64,000 nucleotides of DNA, taken from an uncultured archaeon (GTDB lineage Archaea > Thermoproteota > EX4484-205 > JAAOZP01). Every line of letters starts with the position of its first letter. Position 1 is the stretch's first letter. This document shows, one piece after another, positions 52,777 to 62,279 of the stretch. The stretch lies in NCBI GenBank assembly GCA_938045545.1, contig CALIBN010000015.1, forward strand, positions 1 to 64,000. The letters are read 5' to 3'. Both the position numbers and the translations under genes were made by a program. The notes beneath the pieces were generated by a model. The model saw only the letters and a program-made list of their open reading frames with translations, had not been told where the DNA came from and searched no databases.

Positions 52777-53325
52777 ATGGCTAAACGTAGCATAAGTATG
52801 AAATATTTTACTGAACCCGGGCCAGAGAATACTGGTAAAGTGATAAAGGCGGTTGCCGAGAGAATTAGAAAAGGAGGCTTGACGAAGGTTGTTGTTGCAA
52901 GCACCTCGGGTAGGACAGGAGTCAGATTTGCAAGGGCGTTGAAAGGTAAGGCGCAGGTTGTTGCCGTTTCCCATGAGAAGATGGATCAGAAGCTTAAGGG
53001 GAAGATAAGCAGTCTGGGGGGAATCGCTGAGGACGGTACGCATCTGCCGCTTCATGGAAGGGGGATGGATAAGGTTAGGGACACGTTCTACACTCTTGGA
53101 CAAGGATTTAAAGTGGCTTTAGAGGTTATTCTAATTGCTGCTGACAAGGGGCTTGTTAAACCGTATGAGGACGTTATAGGCATAGGCGGAAGCGGCGAAG
53201 GGGCTGACACGGCAGTGGTGGCGAGGGCAACACCAACCAGGGAGATTTTCAGCAGCGATAAGTCTAAGAGGCTTGAAGTGAGAGAAATAATCTGCATGCC
53301 TCTGAAAAAGAAGTGGTGGGATTAA
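52777..53325 (+). CDS. Pyruvate kinase C-terminal (alpha/beta) domain-like protein
   Basis: YFTEPGPENT, VVASTSGRTG, GQGFKVALE, GADTA, EVREIICMP. Confidence 0.9.
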   Translation: MAKRSISMKYFTEPGPENTGKVIKAVAERIRKGGLTKVVVASTSGRTGVRFARALKGKAQVVAVSHEKMDQKLKGKISSLGGIAEDGTHLPLHGRGMDKVRDTFYTLGQGFKVALEVILIAADKGLVKPYEDVIGIGGSGEGADTAVVARATPTREIFSSDKSKRLEVREIICMPLKKKWWD

Positions 53326-53691
53326 GCGTTACTGGACAGGGCATAAGGCTGGAAAACAAAAACCATCTTTTTTATCAAATATTAGGTAAAATATCATTAT
53401 AAGCTAGGCGAATGCTTAAGAGTAACCTTTGCTTCAGAGTTCACTTTCCCCAGCATGTGGCTTCTCATAATGTAGCGTGCACTTACAGAAGTAAATTTCG
53501 AAGAAGACGTACTGATTTCTAGAGAATTTCGCAACTTTTTGAAAACAGCCACTGAGGCGCGCGAAGAGGAAAGATTTCAAAATTTTAGCAAGAAACCAGT
53601 TATGAAATTTAATAGTTTGTACATGCGAGCAGGCTCGAATCCTAAAGACTTATATCAAAGAAACAATTCCCCTGACCGGTGATAAACAAGT

Positions 53692-55098
53692 TTGAAACTC
53701 CATTATAGGCCTGCTGACGGGTTCTTCGGCGACGCCATACCTTTCTACTGGAGAGGAGTCTACCACGTTTTTTACTTGAAGACAACCCGGGAAAAAGGAG
53801 ATCGTCTTCTTTGGGCACATATCGCTTCAAACGATTTAATACACTGGAACGAAATGCCGGATGCAATTCTGCCCGGTGAAAAAGATGCGCCTGACAGCGG
53901 AGGATGCTGGACAGGATCCGTTATAGAGAAGGATAATGTTTTTCACATGTTTTATACTGGATGGAACCCGAGCGCACACTTTCCACAAACGATTTGCCAC
54001 GCTGTCAGCAGCGACTTAATACATTGGAAGAAGGATGAACGTAATCCGATTCTTGTGCCTGATGAACGTTGGTATGGAAAAGCCGACTGGAGAGACCCAT
54101 TCGTGTTCTGGAATGCAGAAGAGAAGCGTTACTTCATGCTGATTTGTGCAACTATTAAAGGTGGACCCGCGGCAAAGAGAGGATGCATCGGACTTGCTAA
54201 ATCCCGGGACTTGGAAAAATGGGAATGCCACCCGCCTTTCTACGCGCCGAATTTTTGCGGTCCAATGGAATGCCCTGATTTATTCAAGCTAGACGGGTAC
54301 TGGTATCTGGTTTTCTCGGAGTTCACTGAAAAAATGCAGACGCATTATCGTGTGGCCGATGATTTGAAAGGCCCTTGGCGGGTAGCAAAATCGGAGGTTT
54401 TCAACGGACAGCGCTTTTATGCTGCGAAGACGGCTGGAGACGGAATAAGGAGATTCTTATTCGGCTGGATACCGACGAGAGAGAATGAGAGTGACGAAGG
54501 TAAATGGCAATGGGGTGGACATTTAGCTATTCCCCATGAATTGAAAGTAGAGGTGGACAGGAGTCTTTCCGTACGGTGTCCAGAAGAAGTTGTCAACATG
54601 TTTCAGTTCAAAGACTTAGACATAGGGAAAAGTGTCTCGAGTAATCTTGGGAAATGGGTGTTTCAAGAAAACGGTGTCTATGGAGAACGTGTAGACGGGC
54701 TTGCCTACGCCACCATATCCGGCTTGAAAAACAATTTCGCACTGAAAGGCTATGTTTCCTTCCAGCCGGGTACTCGCTCATTCGGGCTGCTCATCCGAAC
54801 CAGTGTTGATTTCTCCTTTGGCTATATACTTGAGTTTGAACCGGTTAGGAACAGAGTAATATTTGACCGTTTCCCAAGAGCAGGTGATGCGGCGCCACTC
54901 GCCGAGTGTCCAATATATCTCGCACCAGATAAATCGATGCCATTCCTTATATTCGTTGAAAACAGCATCGTAGAAGCGTTTATTGATAAACGTGTTGCAC
55001 TATCTTGTCGAGCCTACGGAGGCCACGGTGAGCCAGCAGGTCTTTTCATAATCGAGGGTGCAGCAAGATATGAGAAAATACAGTTTGCTGAATTTTAG
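53692..55098 (+). CDS. Glycoside hydrolase family 32 (beta-fructofuranosidase/levanase-like)
   Basis: FFGDAIP, WAH, WTGSV, WRDP, MECPD, FYAAK; C-terminal beta-sandwich. Confidence 0.92.
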   Translation: MKLHYRPADGFFGDAIPFYWRGVYHVFYLKTTREKGDRLLWAHIASNDLIHWNEMPDAILPGEKDAPDSGGCWTGSVIEKDNVFHMFYTGWNPSAHFPQTICHAVSSDLIHWKKDERNPILVPDERWYGKADWRDPFVFWNAEEKRYFMLICATIKGGPAAKRGCIGLAKSRDLEKWECHPPFYAPNFCGPMECPDLFKLDGYWYLVFSEFTEKMQTHYRVADDLKGPWRVAKSEVFNGQRFYAAKTAGDGIRRFLFGWIPTRENESDEGKWQWGGHLAIPHELKVEVDRSLSVRCPEEVVNMFQFKDLDIGKSVSSNLGKWVFQENGVYGERVDGLAYATISGLKNNFALKGYVSFQPGTRSFGLLIRTSVDFSFGYILEFEPVRNRVIFDRFPRAGDAAPLAECPIYLAPDKSMPFLIFVENSIVEAFIDKRVALSCRAYGGHGEPAGLFIIEGAARYEKIQFAEF

Positions 55099-55331
55099 CA
55101 CACGCTATAGCACGCGCTGGAACATGCAGGATAAACGAATTGTTCGTAAAGCTGTAAGCAACCACTCGCTAGGTGTTGAGCAGGCCAACTTCATGCTCAG
55201 CCTCCCCCTTGTTTTCAATTGTAGCCGTCGAAAATTTTTTGGTCCCTTAATTCTCCATTTTTTGAAAAAGTTGCTTCATGAGCATCCACGAGTTTAATAA
55301 GAGCATTTAGCACGCACGTAGTATGCACTTT

Positions 55332-55372
55332 AAATAATCTGCATGCCGCTAAAGAAGAAATGGTGAGATTGA
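55332..55372 (+). repeat. Diverged duplicate of the last 41 bp of the PK-C-like gene (53285-53325)
   Basis: 35/41 identical; reads IICMPLKKKW*D* versus IICMPLKKKWWD*. Confidence 0.88.
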
Positions 55373-55463
55373 ACCAATAAAGGAAGTGGCTTAGGGCTTT
55401 TTTCTCTGAACATGTTCCAGATAAGAAAAAGACTGCCGTCTTGTATAAACCCTTGTAAATCAG

Positions 55464-55559
55464 GTTGCGCGATGGAGCTGACTTAACACGGCGTTAACCC
55501 GCGGGATGAAGCTTTAGGCTAGGGATCAGAAGCCTCATACTTAAATATTAGGAGTTAAA
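55464..55559 (+). mobile_element. Degenerate third copy of the IS605-type tnpB 3' end/right end
   Basis: GGAGCTGACTTAACAC..TTAACCCGCGGGATGA..GAAGCCTCATACTTAAATATTAGGAG is collinear with the minus strand of 39420-39505. Confidence 0.6.
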
Positions 55560-55590
55560 AATCCCGTTCTAGGCTAGGTGGGGTTTAGAG

Positions 55591-56265
55591 ATGGTTAGGA
55601 AGCTGCCGGATAGATTTCTTAAGTGGGCTTACTTTGACAGGGTTCGCTTCATCAAGTCAATCCTAAACGCTGAAAAAATGGATAAGGTGATGTTCCTTAT
55701 AGAGTCGACGAGGCATAACCCGGCTCTCTGCACAGCCCGCGTCAAGAATAATAAAATATTTTTGAACGCGAAGATCGTTGGCGCCGGCTTTGTTCCTAGG
55801 CAAAGTTTCCTCGAGGACGCTATTAGAGAGCTGTGGTCTCACGTGGAAACCGGGGGTTCAATTACCAGTGAGGAGTATGCTAAAAATGGGCTTCAAATTT
55901 TGCTGAGACACCTCTATTTTGAGGATGAGAAAGAGGCGAACCATAGAGTCGACTTTACTAAAATAGCATCTCTTGAAATTAGTGTGAGAATAGCGTGGTC
56001 ATCTAAGCACACATGGGAGAATATTCAGAGCTGTAGACAGGCAGTCATGCTTTACTATATGCCTCCTAACACGAGTTTCGAAGTTAGAGGTGAACTCGAC
56101 GTATTGACCGAAGGAAAATATTTCGAATTCGTTAATTTAGCTCATGATGCATTTCACTACACTCCTAGTGAAAAAAGAGCCTTTAAGCCATGTTACATCT
56201 TGAACGTCGAAGAGGTTTACGATAACAGTGCTACGGAGGAGGGTTTCGGCCGCCTTTTAGAATAG
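55591..56265 (+). CDS. Hypothetical protein, probable FMN-binding split-barrel fold
   Basis: HNPALCT, NAKIVGAG, KHTWENI, SFEVRG, VEEVYDNS. Confidence 0.7.
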   Translation: MVRKLPDRFLKWAYFDRVRFIKSILNAEKMDKVMFLIESTRHNPALCTARVKNNKIFLNAKIVGAGFVPRQSFLEDAIRELWSHVETGGSITSEEYAKNGLQILLRHLYFEDEKEANHRVDFTKIASLEISVRIAWSSKHTWENIQSCRQAVMLYYMPPNTSFEVRGELDVLTEGKYFEFVNLAHDAFHYTPSEKRAFKPCYILNVEEVYDNSATEEGFGRLLE

Positions 56266-56369
56266 ATGGTATAAAAGCGTTTAAACTGATGCTTCTAAGA
56301 ATCCTCATCGCCTAAAGGAAAACCTATTTCTCTACAACTAGGTAGTGTGGATGCTGGAGGCAACTCACG

Positions 56370-57698
56370 TCAGGATAATTGACGCATCATCTTGGCTTCA
56401 GAGTTAACCCTACGCCAGTAGAGCTCAAACAATATGCCTGAAGACTTAGGCCTTATTTCTCTGATAAAGCTCTCTTCGAGCCTCAATGATTCTTCGAAGG
56501 CCTTGATTGTGATATTTTTCAAGTCCTCTAGAGATGCTTTACCATCAAGAAATTCTAATCTCAGTTCCTCGGCCCTAGAGTATAGCCGAGCCTCTAAAGA
56601 CTCTATCTTTTTACATATCTTTGGAAAGTATTCTTTAAAGGAGCCCAGTATTCTCCTGCTTAACTTCTCATGTAGCCACCAGATTGAATTGGAGTCGTAA
56701 AGCCTATCCGGCGTTAGTTTCAAATCAGGTAGACCAGCCTCGATGAAGACCGGTTTGTAAACACTTATGCAGGGAGTGGATGTTGCAGTAAACCAGTGGA
56801 TCGGTAGTTTTTCGAAAAGCTGGCCAACGTAGGAGGCTGCAGTCTGAGAAGGCCTCGTAAGACCCCCTGCATGCATACAGATGTCCCTCATAGATCCTTT
56901 CGGCGGTGTAAAGTTTTCACCAAGCGTATGGCTCCTCATAATATTCTTAACTAGATAAACATCTATCTCACCCATATTTCGCTCTAAACATCCTTGTGTA
57001 TACGCATGCCTCTCCCTGCCCCTGGCGAACCGAGAGTAAAACCAGTCTGAATAGCATTTTGAGAAATCAAAATCCTTATCGTCCTTGCACCAGCCTTTCT
57101 CAACAGCATGTTCAACAATGTTTTTAGAAGCCAGGTCCCACTTGTTTTTAATGGTTAAAGCGTTGGAAATACTCCTTACGTTCTTTACTTTCTCAGCAAC
57201 CCAGTATTTCCCAGCGGTCTCTAAGACCCATGCTTCCCTAGGATCAGCTATTATGAAGGAGTTATGGTAATACGTTTTGCTTTTAAACCCACAGTTACCG
57301 CCTTGGCCGAATTCCTCCAAGTATTCAACTATCAGCATAAGGGCTTCGTACGAGTCTCTGCATCTTTCCAAGGCCAGCCTTACCAAATCCATCCCGGTTA
57401 AGCCCTTCTCCAGCCTACCCTCTCTCGTGAACACTGCCTCGTTTCCAATGGCCAACCCGAACTCGTTAACACCCATTTCAGCGCCCCACATCCAGACTGG
57501 CCTTGAAATCAGCACAGCATACGTTTGCTTTACCTGCGGAACCCTGATGTAAGTACAGTCCAAGAACTCCTCGTCATGCTCCATTCTAGGATGGAACTCC
57601 AACGCTTGAGGCTCGTTCGGCTCCCTGTCACTGTTCTTAGCGAAAATCGTAACTCCCTCCTTAGTCGAGTTCCTAAGCGCTACTAAAGTGTCGCACAT
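56370..57698 (-). CDS. Peptidase C69/secernin-family Ntn hydrolase
   Basis: N-terminal MCDT, AKNSDREPNE, WMWGAEMGVNEFG, ICMHAGG. Confidence 0.93.
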   Translation of the reverse strand: MCDTLVALRNSTKEGVTIFAKNSDREPNEPQALEFHPRMEHDEEFLDCTYIRVPQVKQTYAVLISRPVWMWGAEMGVNEFGLAIGNEAVFTREGRLEKGLTGMDLVRLALERCRDSYEALMLIVEYLEEFGQGGNCGFKSKTYYHNSFIIADPREAWVLETAGKYWVAEKVKNVRSISNALTIKNKWDLASKNIVEHAVEKGWCKDDKDFDFSKCYSDWFYSRFARGRERHAYTQGCLERNMGEIDVYLVKNIMRSHTLGENFTPPKGSMRDICMHAGGLTRPSQTAASYVGQLFEKLPIHWFTATSTPCISVYKPVFIEAGLPDLKLTPDRLYDSNSIWWLHEKLSRRILGSFKEYFPKICKKIESLEARLYSRAEELRLEFLDGKASLEDLKNITIKAFEESLRLEESFIREIRPKSSGILFELYWRRVNSEAKMMRQLS

Positions 57699-57796
57699 GC
57701 TTTTAGTTGGACTCGTTAAGGGAAAATAAACTTTTATCCAGATTTCTGGGAATTGTTTAAAATTTTAACATGGAGAAGGGCTGCCCGCAGACATTA

Positions 57797-58795
57797 TCAG
57801 CGAGCCATTGAAGCCTCCAGGATTTTTGGGCATAACGGATCAGGATTGTTGAACGACCCGTAAAGCCTGTATGATCTGGCGTAGCATCCTCCTCTACAAG
57901 TCTCGATCAAAGGACAGTCTGGACACGTGTTACTCTCCATGATCTCCAAGATAACTCTGCTTGAACACAGCTCCCGCCATGCTTCCGAAAGACTCTTTCT
58001 GCGAACATTTGAAACAACAATGTCGAGAGTATCGCAGAGAAGCACTTCCCCTCCGGGACCGATATCCATGTTCCTCTCAACCCTGCAAGAGTCCCATGAA
58101 ACGTAGCGTGAGCTTACTATCAGGCTGGCGAACGGCATACACCATAGAGTAGTAAGGAAGCCCAGCTCATCAGCCGCCTCACAGGCCAAGCGTAAAGCCT
58201 TAATGCAGGAGTAAGCGTCAGCATGCCAATCCTTGTCTGCAGCCCTCCCAAAAGGCATTACTGGGAGCAGTACCGCAGATGAGGCTCTCAGTCTCTCTGC
58301 AAGCCGCACAAAGTCTCCAGCCTCATTGGCGTTCAGCCGGGAAATGGAGAAGATAGGTGTGAAACTAACTTCCTCCTCCTTGAGAACCCTTATGTTCCGC
58401 ATTAAAACATCCCAAGCTCCTGGGCCGCGCACGGCCTCATGCGTATTCTTAACCGCACCGTCTATGCTCGTGAAAACACGGATCCCAAGCGAGCTCAGCC
58501 TCCTTGCTTTATCCCGGGTTATTTCAGATAGGTTTGTAAAAAGAGAGACGTTGAGCCCATTGCTCGCGGCGGCAAGTATTTCGAAAATACCCTCTCTTAG
58601 AAGTGGTTCTCCACCTGTTAAATGAAGGTTTTTAACACCCATTTCACAGGCTTCCTCCACCAGTTTTAAAACTCGGTCCTTGCCGAGTTCACTGCTCCAT
58701 GGACGGGAGGAAACGTAGCAATGCTCGCATCTAAAGTTGCACTTTGCCGTAAGCAGCCATGTTACGTACTCCGGAGGCCTTGGAATCGGGCTCAT
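57797..58795 (-). CDS. Radical SAM protein with SPASM/twitch domain
   Basis: CNFRCEHC, TGGEPLLR; C-terminal CPDC..CRGGC..DPLC. Confidence 0.93.
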   Translation of the reverse strand: MSPIPRPPEYVTWLLTAKCNFRCEHCYVSSRPWSSELGKDRVLKLVEEACEMGVKNLHLTGGEPLLREGIFEILAAASNGLNVSLFTNLSEITRDKARRLSSLGIRVFTSIDGAVKNTHEAVRGPGAWDVLMRNIRVLKEEEVSFTPIFSISRLNANEAGDFVRLAERLRASSAVLLPVMPFGRAADKDWHADAYSCIKALRLACEAADELGFLTTLWCMPFASLIVSSRYVSWDSCRVERNMDIGPGGEVLLCDTLDIVVSNVRRKSLSEAWRELCSSRVILEIMESNTCPDCPLIETCRGGCYARSYRLYGSFNNPDPLCPKILEASMAR

Positions 58796-59127
58796 AGTCT
58801 CACCTGAGAATTTTTTTGAAAGTTACAGTCGGCAATGGTGAAAAATTGGGGTATTAATGCGTTGCCGTGAAAAGAGTCCCACGTCAACCATTATGGGAGG
58901 GTTGTGGGAATAACCTTATATTGCGATTCGCCATATCCCAAGTCGGCTAAGCTTACTGTCGAAGAACGCATTTTTTAGCAGCAGTGCAACTTCTACGGTG
59001 GGAGGCGAGAGGAGCAAAGGATACTTCTATCTTAGAAGGAGCCCCGCCGCGAAGAGATTAAAGACGGGAGAAGACACTTCGCATAAGTGCCACTGGCTTC
59101 CAGCCGCGGGAGCGTAAAAAACTTATA

Positions 59128-59976
59128 TTGATGCAGAATCACCCGCCCCATGTGAACGTGGCTGAAGCCATAAGCCTCACCCTTATCGCTTTCGCATCGA
59201 CAACACTGCTTTCAGCCGTCGGGTTGGCAGGTGGCGTGCTAATAGTCCCCGTCTTGGTCCTGCTTTTCGGGCTGGAGTCAAGATATGCTGCAGGCACGGG
59301 TGTTTTCGCAATAATATTCGGAATATTCTCAGCCGCATTCACGTATTTCAGGCAGAGGAGGGTCGACGTGAAGCTCGCCCTGCTCTTCGACACGCTGGAC
59401 ATACTTGGCGTGGTGGCAGGAGCATACTTAGTGGTTATCTTACCATCCAGGGTCACAGCTCTCCTCATGGGTGGTTTTCTACTATTTTCAGCGTGGAGGC
59501 TTTGGGCGGGCAGTGTTAAGGAGGCGATAAACGTTGAAAGGAAGAGCCGGGGGATATCTGTTAAGCGTCGTCTGACAGACAGGGATGGAAACGTCTATGA
59601 GTATGAGCTTGGCGTTCCGGAGCTCGCCTTATCACAGCTTGCAAGCATCTTAAGCGGGGTTGCCACAGGCCTGTTCGGAATAGGAGGGGGAGCGGTTGAT
59701 ACTACTATGATGATGCTGATCGGAGTCCCACCCCACGTAGCTGTAGCCACATCGGTTTTCGGAATGACGATAACGAAGATCACGGGTGTCATCTCGCATC
59801 TCGCATTGGGAAATGTTTTACTGGAATACGGCGTGCCGCTAGCCGTCGGAGCAACGGTGGGAGGGCAGCTTGGCCCAAGGATTTCTAGGAGGCTCCGGCC
59901 TCTGATGCTGAGGAAGGCTTTAAGCATAGTCGTCCTCCTCGTGGGTCTCAGAATGGCAACCCTATGGTTTGAATGA
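59128..59976 (+). CDS. Sulfite exporter TauE/SafE family membrane protein
   Basis: GLAGGVLIVP and GLFGIGGG repeats; about 8 TMs. Confidence 0.93.
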   Translation: MMQNHPPHVNVAEAISLTLIAFASTTLLSAVGLAGGVLIVPVLVLLFGLESRYAAGTGVFAIIFGIFSAAFTYFRQRRVDVKLALLFDTLDILGVVAGAYLVVILPSRVTALLMGGFLLFSAWRLWAGSVKEAINVERKSRGISVKRRLTDRDGNVYEYELGVPELALSQLASILSGVATGLFGIGGGAVDTTMMMLIGVPPHVAVATSVFGMTITKITGVISHLALGNVLLEYGVPLAVGATVGGQLGPRISRRLRPLMLRKALSIVVLLVGLRMATLWFE

Positions 59977-59989
59977 GCTGAAAAACGTT

Positions 59990-61054
59990 TCAACCATTGC
60001 ATTCACCGTAATAATTCATGAAGTCCTCGAACGCTGTGCAGACTGCGTCTATGTTTTCAAGCGGAACATCCGCGTGGATCTCGGAATACATCATTAAGCC
60101 GCCTTTCTCAGAACCCAGTTTGACAACAGCCTCCTGTATATGGCTCCTGATTTTTTCAGGACTGCCAAAGGGCACTATGAGCTGCCGGTCTATGTCTAGG
60201 TCGATGCAAACCCTTCCCTTAATCTTCTCCCTTATATTGTCTATCCCGTTAACCCTATCCTGAATGTTTAAAACTGAAACCCCGGCTTCAATCAGGGCAT
60301 CCGCCACCTCCATTATGTGACCGTCAGTATGCAGGTAAACCCTTATTCCTGATCTCCTAACCCTCTGGAATATCTTTCTGTATGAGGGGTAGATGAACCT
60401 TCTGAAGGTCTTGACGCTGACAGGCATCCTGTCTTGAAGACCCAGGTCATCCCCGAAGGAAACCATGTCAACCTTGAGCCTGATGAGCCTCTCGACCAGG
60501 GCTAGATTATAGTCAGTCAGCATCTCTATTAGTTTTTCAAGCTGACCGGTGTTTCTAACGAAGTCAATCATTAGGTTTTCAAAGCCCCGAAGATAATAGA
60601 GTCTTTGAAAGAAGAAGCCGTGAGGCATGCTTCCGACCACGATATCATCAGTGTTTCTCGCTCTATCTATCCTCTCCTCAATCGCGTCCCAAGGGTCTAC
60701 TCCACCACCCTCCTGAACAATGCCTCTCTCCGGGTCTGGCAGACTGTAGTGCACTAGGTCAGCCCAATCCTCCAAAGGATGTTTCACAACCTGCCCCTGG
60801 AGTCCGCTTATATTGAACCTCCACAAGCATCCGAAGGCATCTAGAACCTCTCTCCCCCTGACCCTGGCTCCGAAATCATTGAAGTTAACACTCCCTCTTT
60901 TAAAATCTGGGAAAAGCCTAGTATGCTTGGCAAGCAGGTCCTCAAGCTTCTCTCTATACTTGTTCCAAGCTGTTGGGAAAACTCCTAGCCTACAAGGGAT
61001 CCATCCGCAGCCATTCATGTCTATGACTCTAAGCTTCTTCTCCCTGATGCTCAA
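59990..61054 (-). CDS. UroD/MtaA family protein
   Basis: LRGFENLM, FGDDLG, YLHTDG, DIDRQ. Confidence 0.9.
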   Translation of the reverse strand: MSIREKKLRVIDMNGCGWIPCRLGVFPTAWNKYREKLEDLLAKHTRLFPDFKRGSVNFNDFGARVRGREVLDAFGCLWRFNISGLQGQVVKHPLEDWADLVHYSLPDPERGIVQEGGGVDPWDAIEERIDRARNTDDIVVGSMPHGFFFQRLYYLRGFENLMIDFVRNTGQLEKLIEMLTDYNLALVERLIRLKVDMVSFGDDLGLQDRMPVSVKTFRRFIYPSYRKIFQRVRRSGIRVYLHTDGHIMEVADALIEAGVSVLNIQDRVNGIDNIREKIKGRVCIDLDIDRQLIVPFGSPEKIRSHIQEAVVKLGSEKGGLMMYSEIHADVPLENIDAVCTAFEDFMNYYGECNG

Positions 61055-61158
61055 AACTAAGAATACGGGTTTTCAATCAAGCTTTAAACCTTACTTACAA
61101 CTCGTACGCTTCGCCTAAGGCTAAAAACTTAAGTATTATCTGGAAACCCTGAGGAAAC

Positions 61159-62268
61159 GTGTTGAGAAACCCGGATATAACCAGGCTGCTTAAAGTCCTT
61201 CTGAGAGAGGGAGAGCCCGATAGAGTGCCCTTCTACGAGCATTTTGTAGACAACGAGGTTATTGAGGCTTTAACCGGTAAGCCGGTGTCTAAGGCTTTAG
61301 CCGAAGGAGGCTTAAGCTCAGAGAAATACCTGGATATCCTGGTTGACTTTTATGCCAGGCTTGGATACGACTATGTTCCAATGGAGGTTCCCCCCAAACT
61401 TCCTAGGACGAACATTCTTCAGACGAACGATGTTGCTTATCTTTCCCGTGGGAAAAGGACTTGGGAGGATGAGAACAGGGGTGTGATTGAGACAATCGAG
61501 GATTTTGAAAAATATCCTTGGCCTAACGCGGATGAGGCGCTGGATTTTTCAGTATTTGAAAGGCTGAGGAGGAAACTGCCTGAAGGCATGGGTGTTGTTG
61601 GAGGCGTTGCAGGAGGGTTCTTCGAGCATGCGAGCTGGCTTATGGGGCTTGGAAAACTCTGTAGGGCTGTGCACCTAGACAGGAGGCTTGTTGAAAAAAT
61701 GTTCAGCAGGGTCTCCTCGCTCATTCTTGCTTTAGATGAGACAATAGTTAGAGAGGGGTTTGTTGATGCTCTTAGAATGGGTGACGACTTGGGCTATAAG
61801 ACAGGCACATTCCTGGCGCCTAGGATTCTGAGGGAATACGTTTTCCCAAACTACAGGAGGCTGGCCGATTTGGCACATGGGCGGGGGCTTCCCTTCATAA
61901 TACATTCCTGTGGAAACCTGTATACTCCTGATGAAACTGGGAGAACAGTGATGGACGACCTTGTAGAGAGCGTCAGGATAGATGCCAAACATTCTTTCGA
62001 GGACAACATAATGCCGGTATACGAGGTTAAGGAGAAGTATAGGGGGAAGATAGCGGTTTTGGGCGGTGTAGATATGAATAAGCTTGTTCAACTGCCGGAG
62101 AAAAACCTAAGGGAGCATGTTAGGCTAATAATTAAGAAGTGTGCGCCGGGAGGCGCCTATGCTCTAGGCTCTGGAAACACGATAGCTAACTATGTGCCTT
62201 TAGAAAACTATCTCGCGATGCTTGACGAAGGCTTTAGAAGAGGAACATACCCGATAGAGATAAGTTGA
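61159..62268 (+). CDS. UroD/MtaA family protein
   Basis: PDRVPFYE, MGDDLG, IHSCGN, KHSFED, LGSGN. Confidence 0.9.
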   Translation: MLRNPDITRLLKVLLREGEPDRVPFYEHFVDNEVIEALTGKPVSKALAEGGLSSEKYLDILVDFYARLGYDYVPMEVPPKLPRTNILQTNDVAYLSRGKRTWEDENRGVIETIEDFEKYPWPNADEALDFSVFERLRRKLPEGMGVVGGVAGGFFEHASWLMGLGKLCRAVHLDRRLVEKMFSRVSSLILALDETIVREGFVDALRMGDDLGYKTGTFLAPRILREYVFPNYRRLADLAHGRGLPFIIHSCGNLYTPDETGRTVMDDLVESVRIDAKHSFEDNIMPVYEVKEKYRGKIAVLGGVDMNKLVQLPEKNLREHVRLIIKKCAPGGAYALGSGNTIANYVPLENYLAMLDEGFRRGTYPIEIS

Positions 62269-62279
62269 GAAACATGCTA

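Noticed and set aside
56370-58795. Radical SAM/SPASM plus peptidase as a RiPP cluster
   Set aside because: No precursor peptide, RRE/PqqD domain or exporter visible; the peptidase has its own AT-rich upstream region.
58860-59120. Possible cobalamin riboswitch (GCCCCGC, GCCACTG, GGGAG) upstream of the TauE gene
   Set aside because: Lacks the GGGAA..GGTG..AATCC core and B12 box; reads more like a decayed ORF with several stops.
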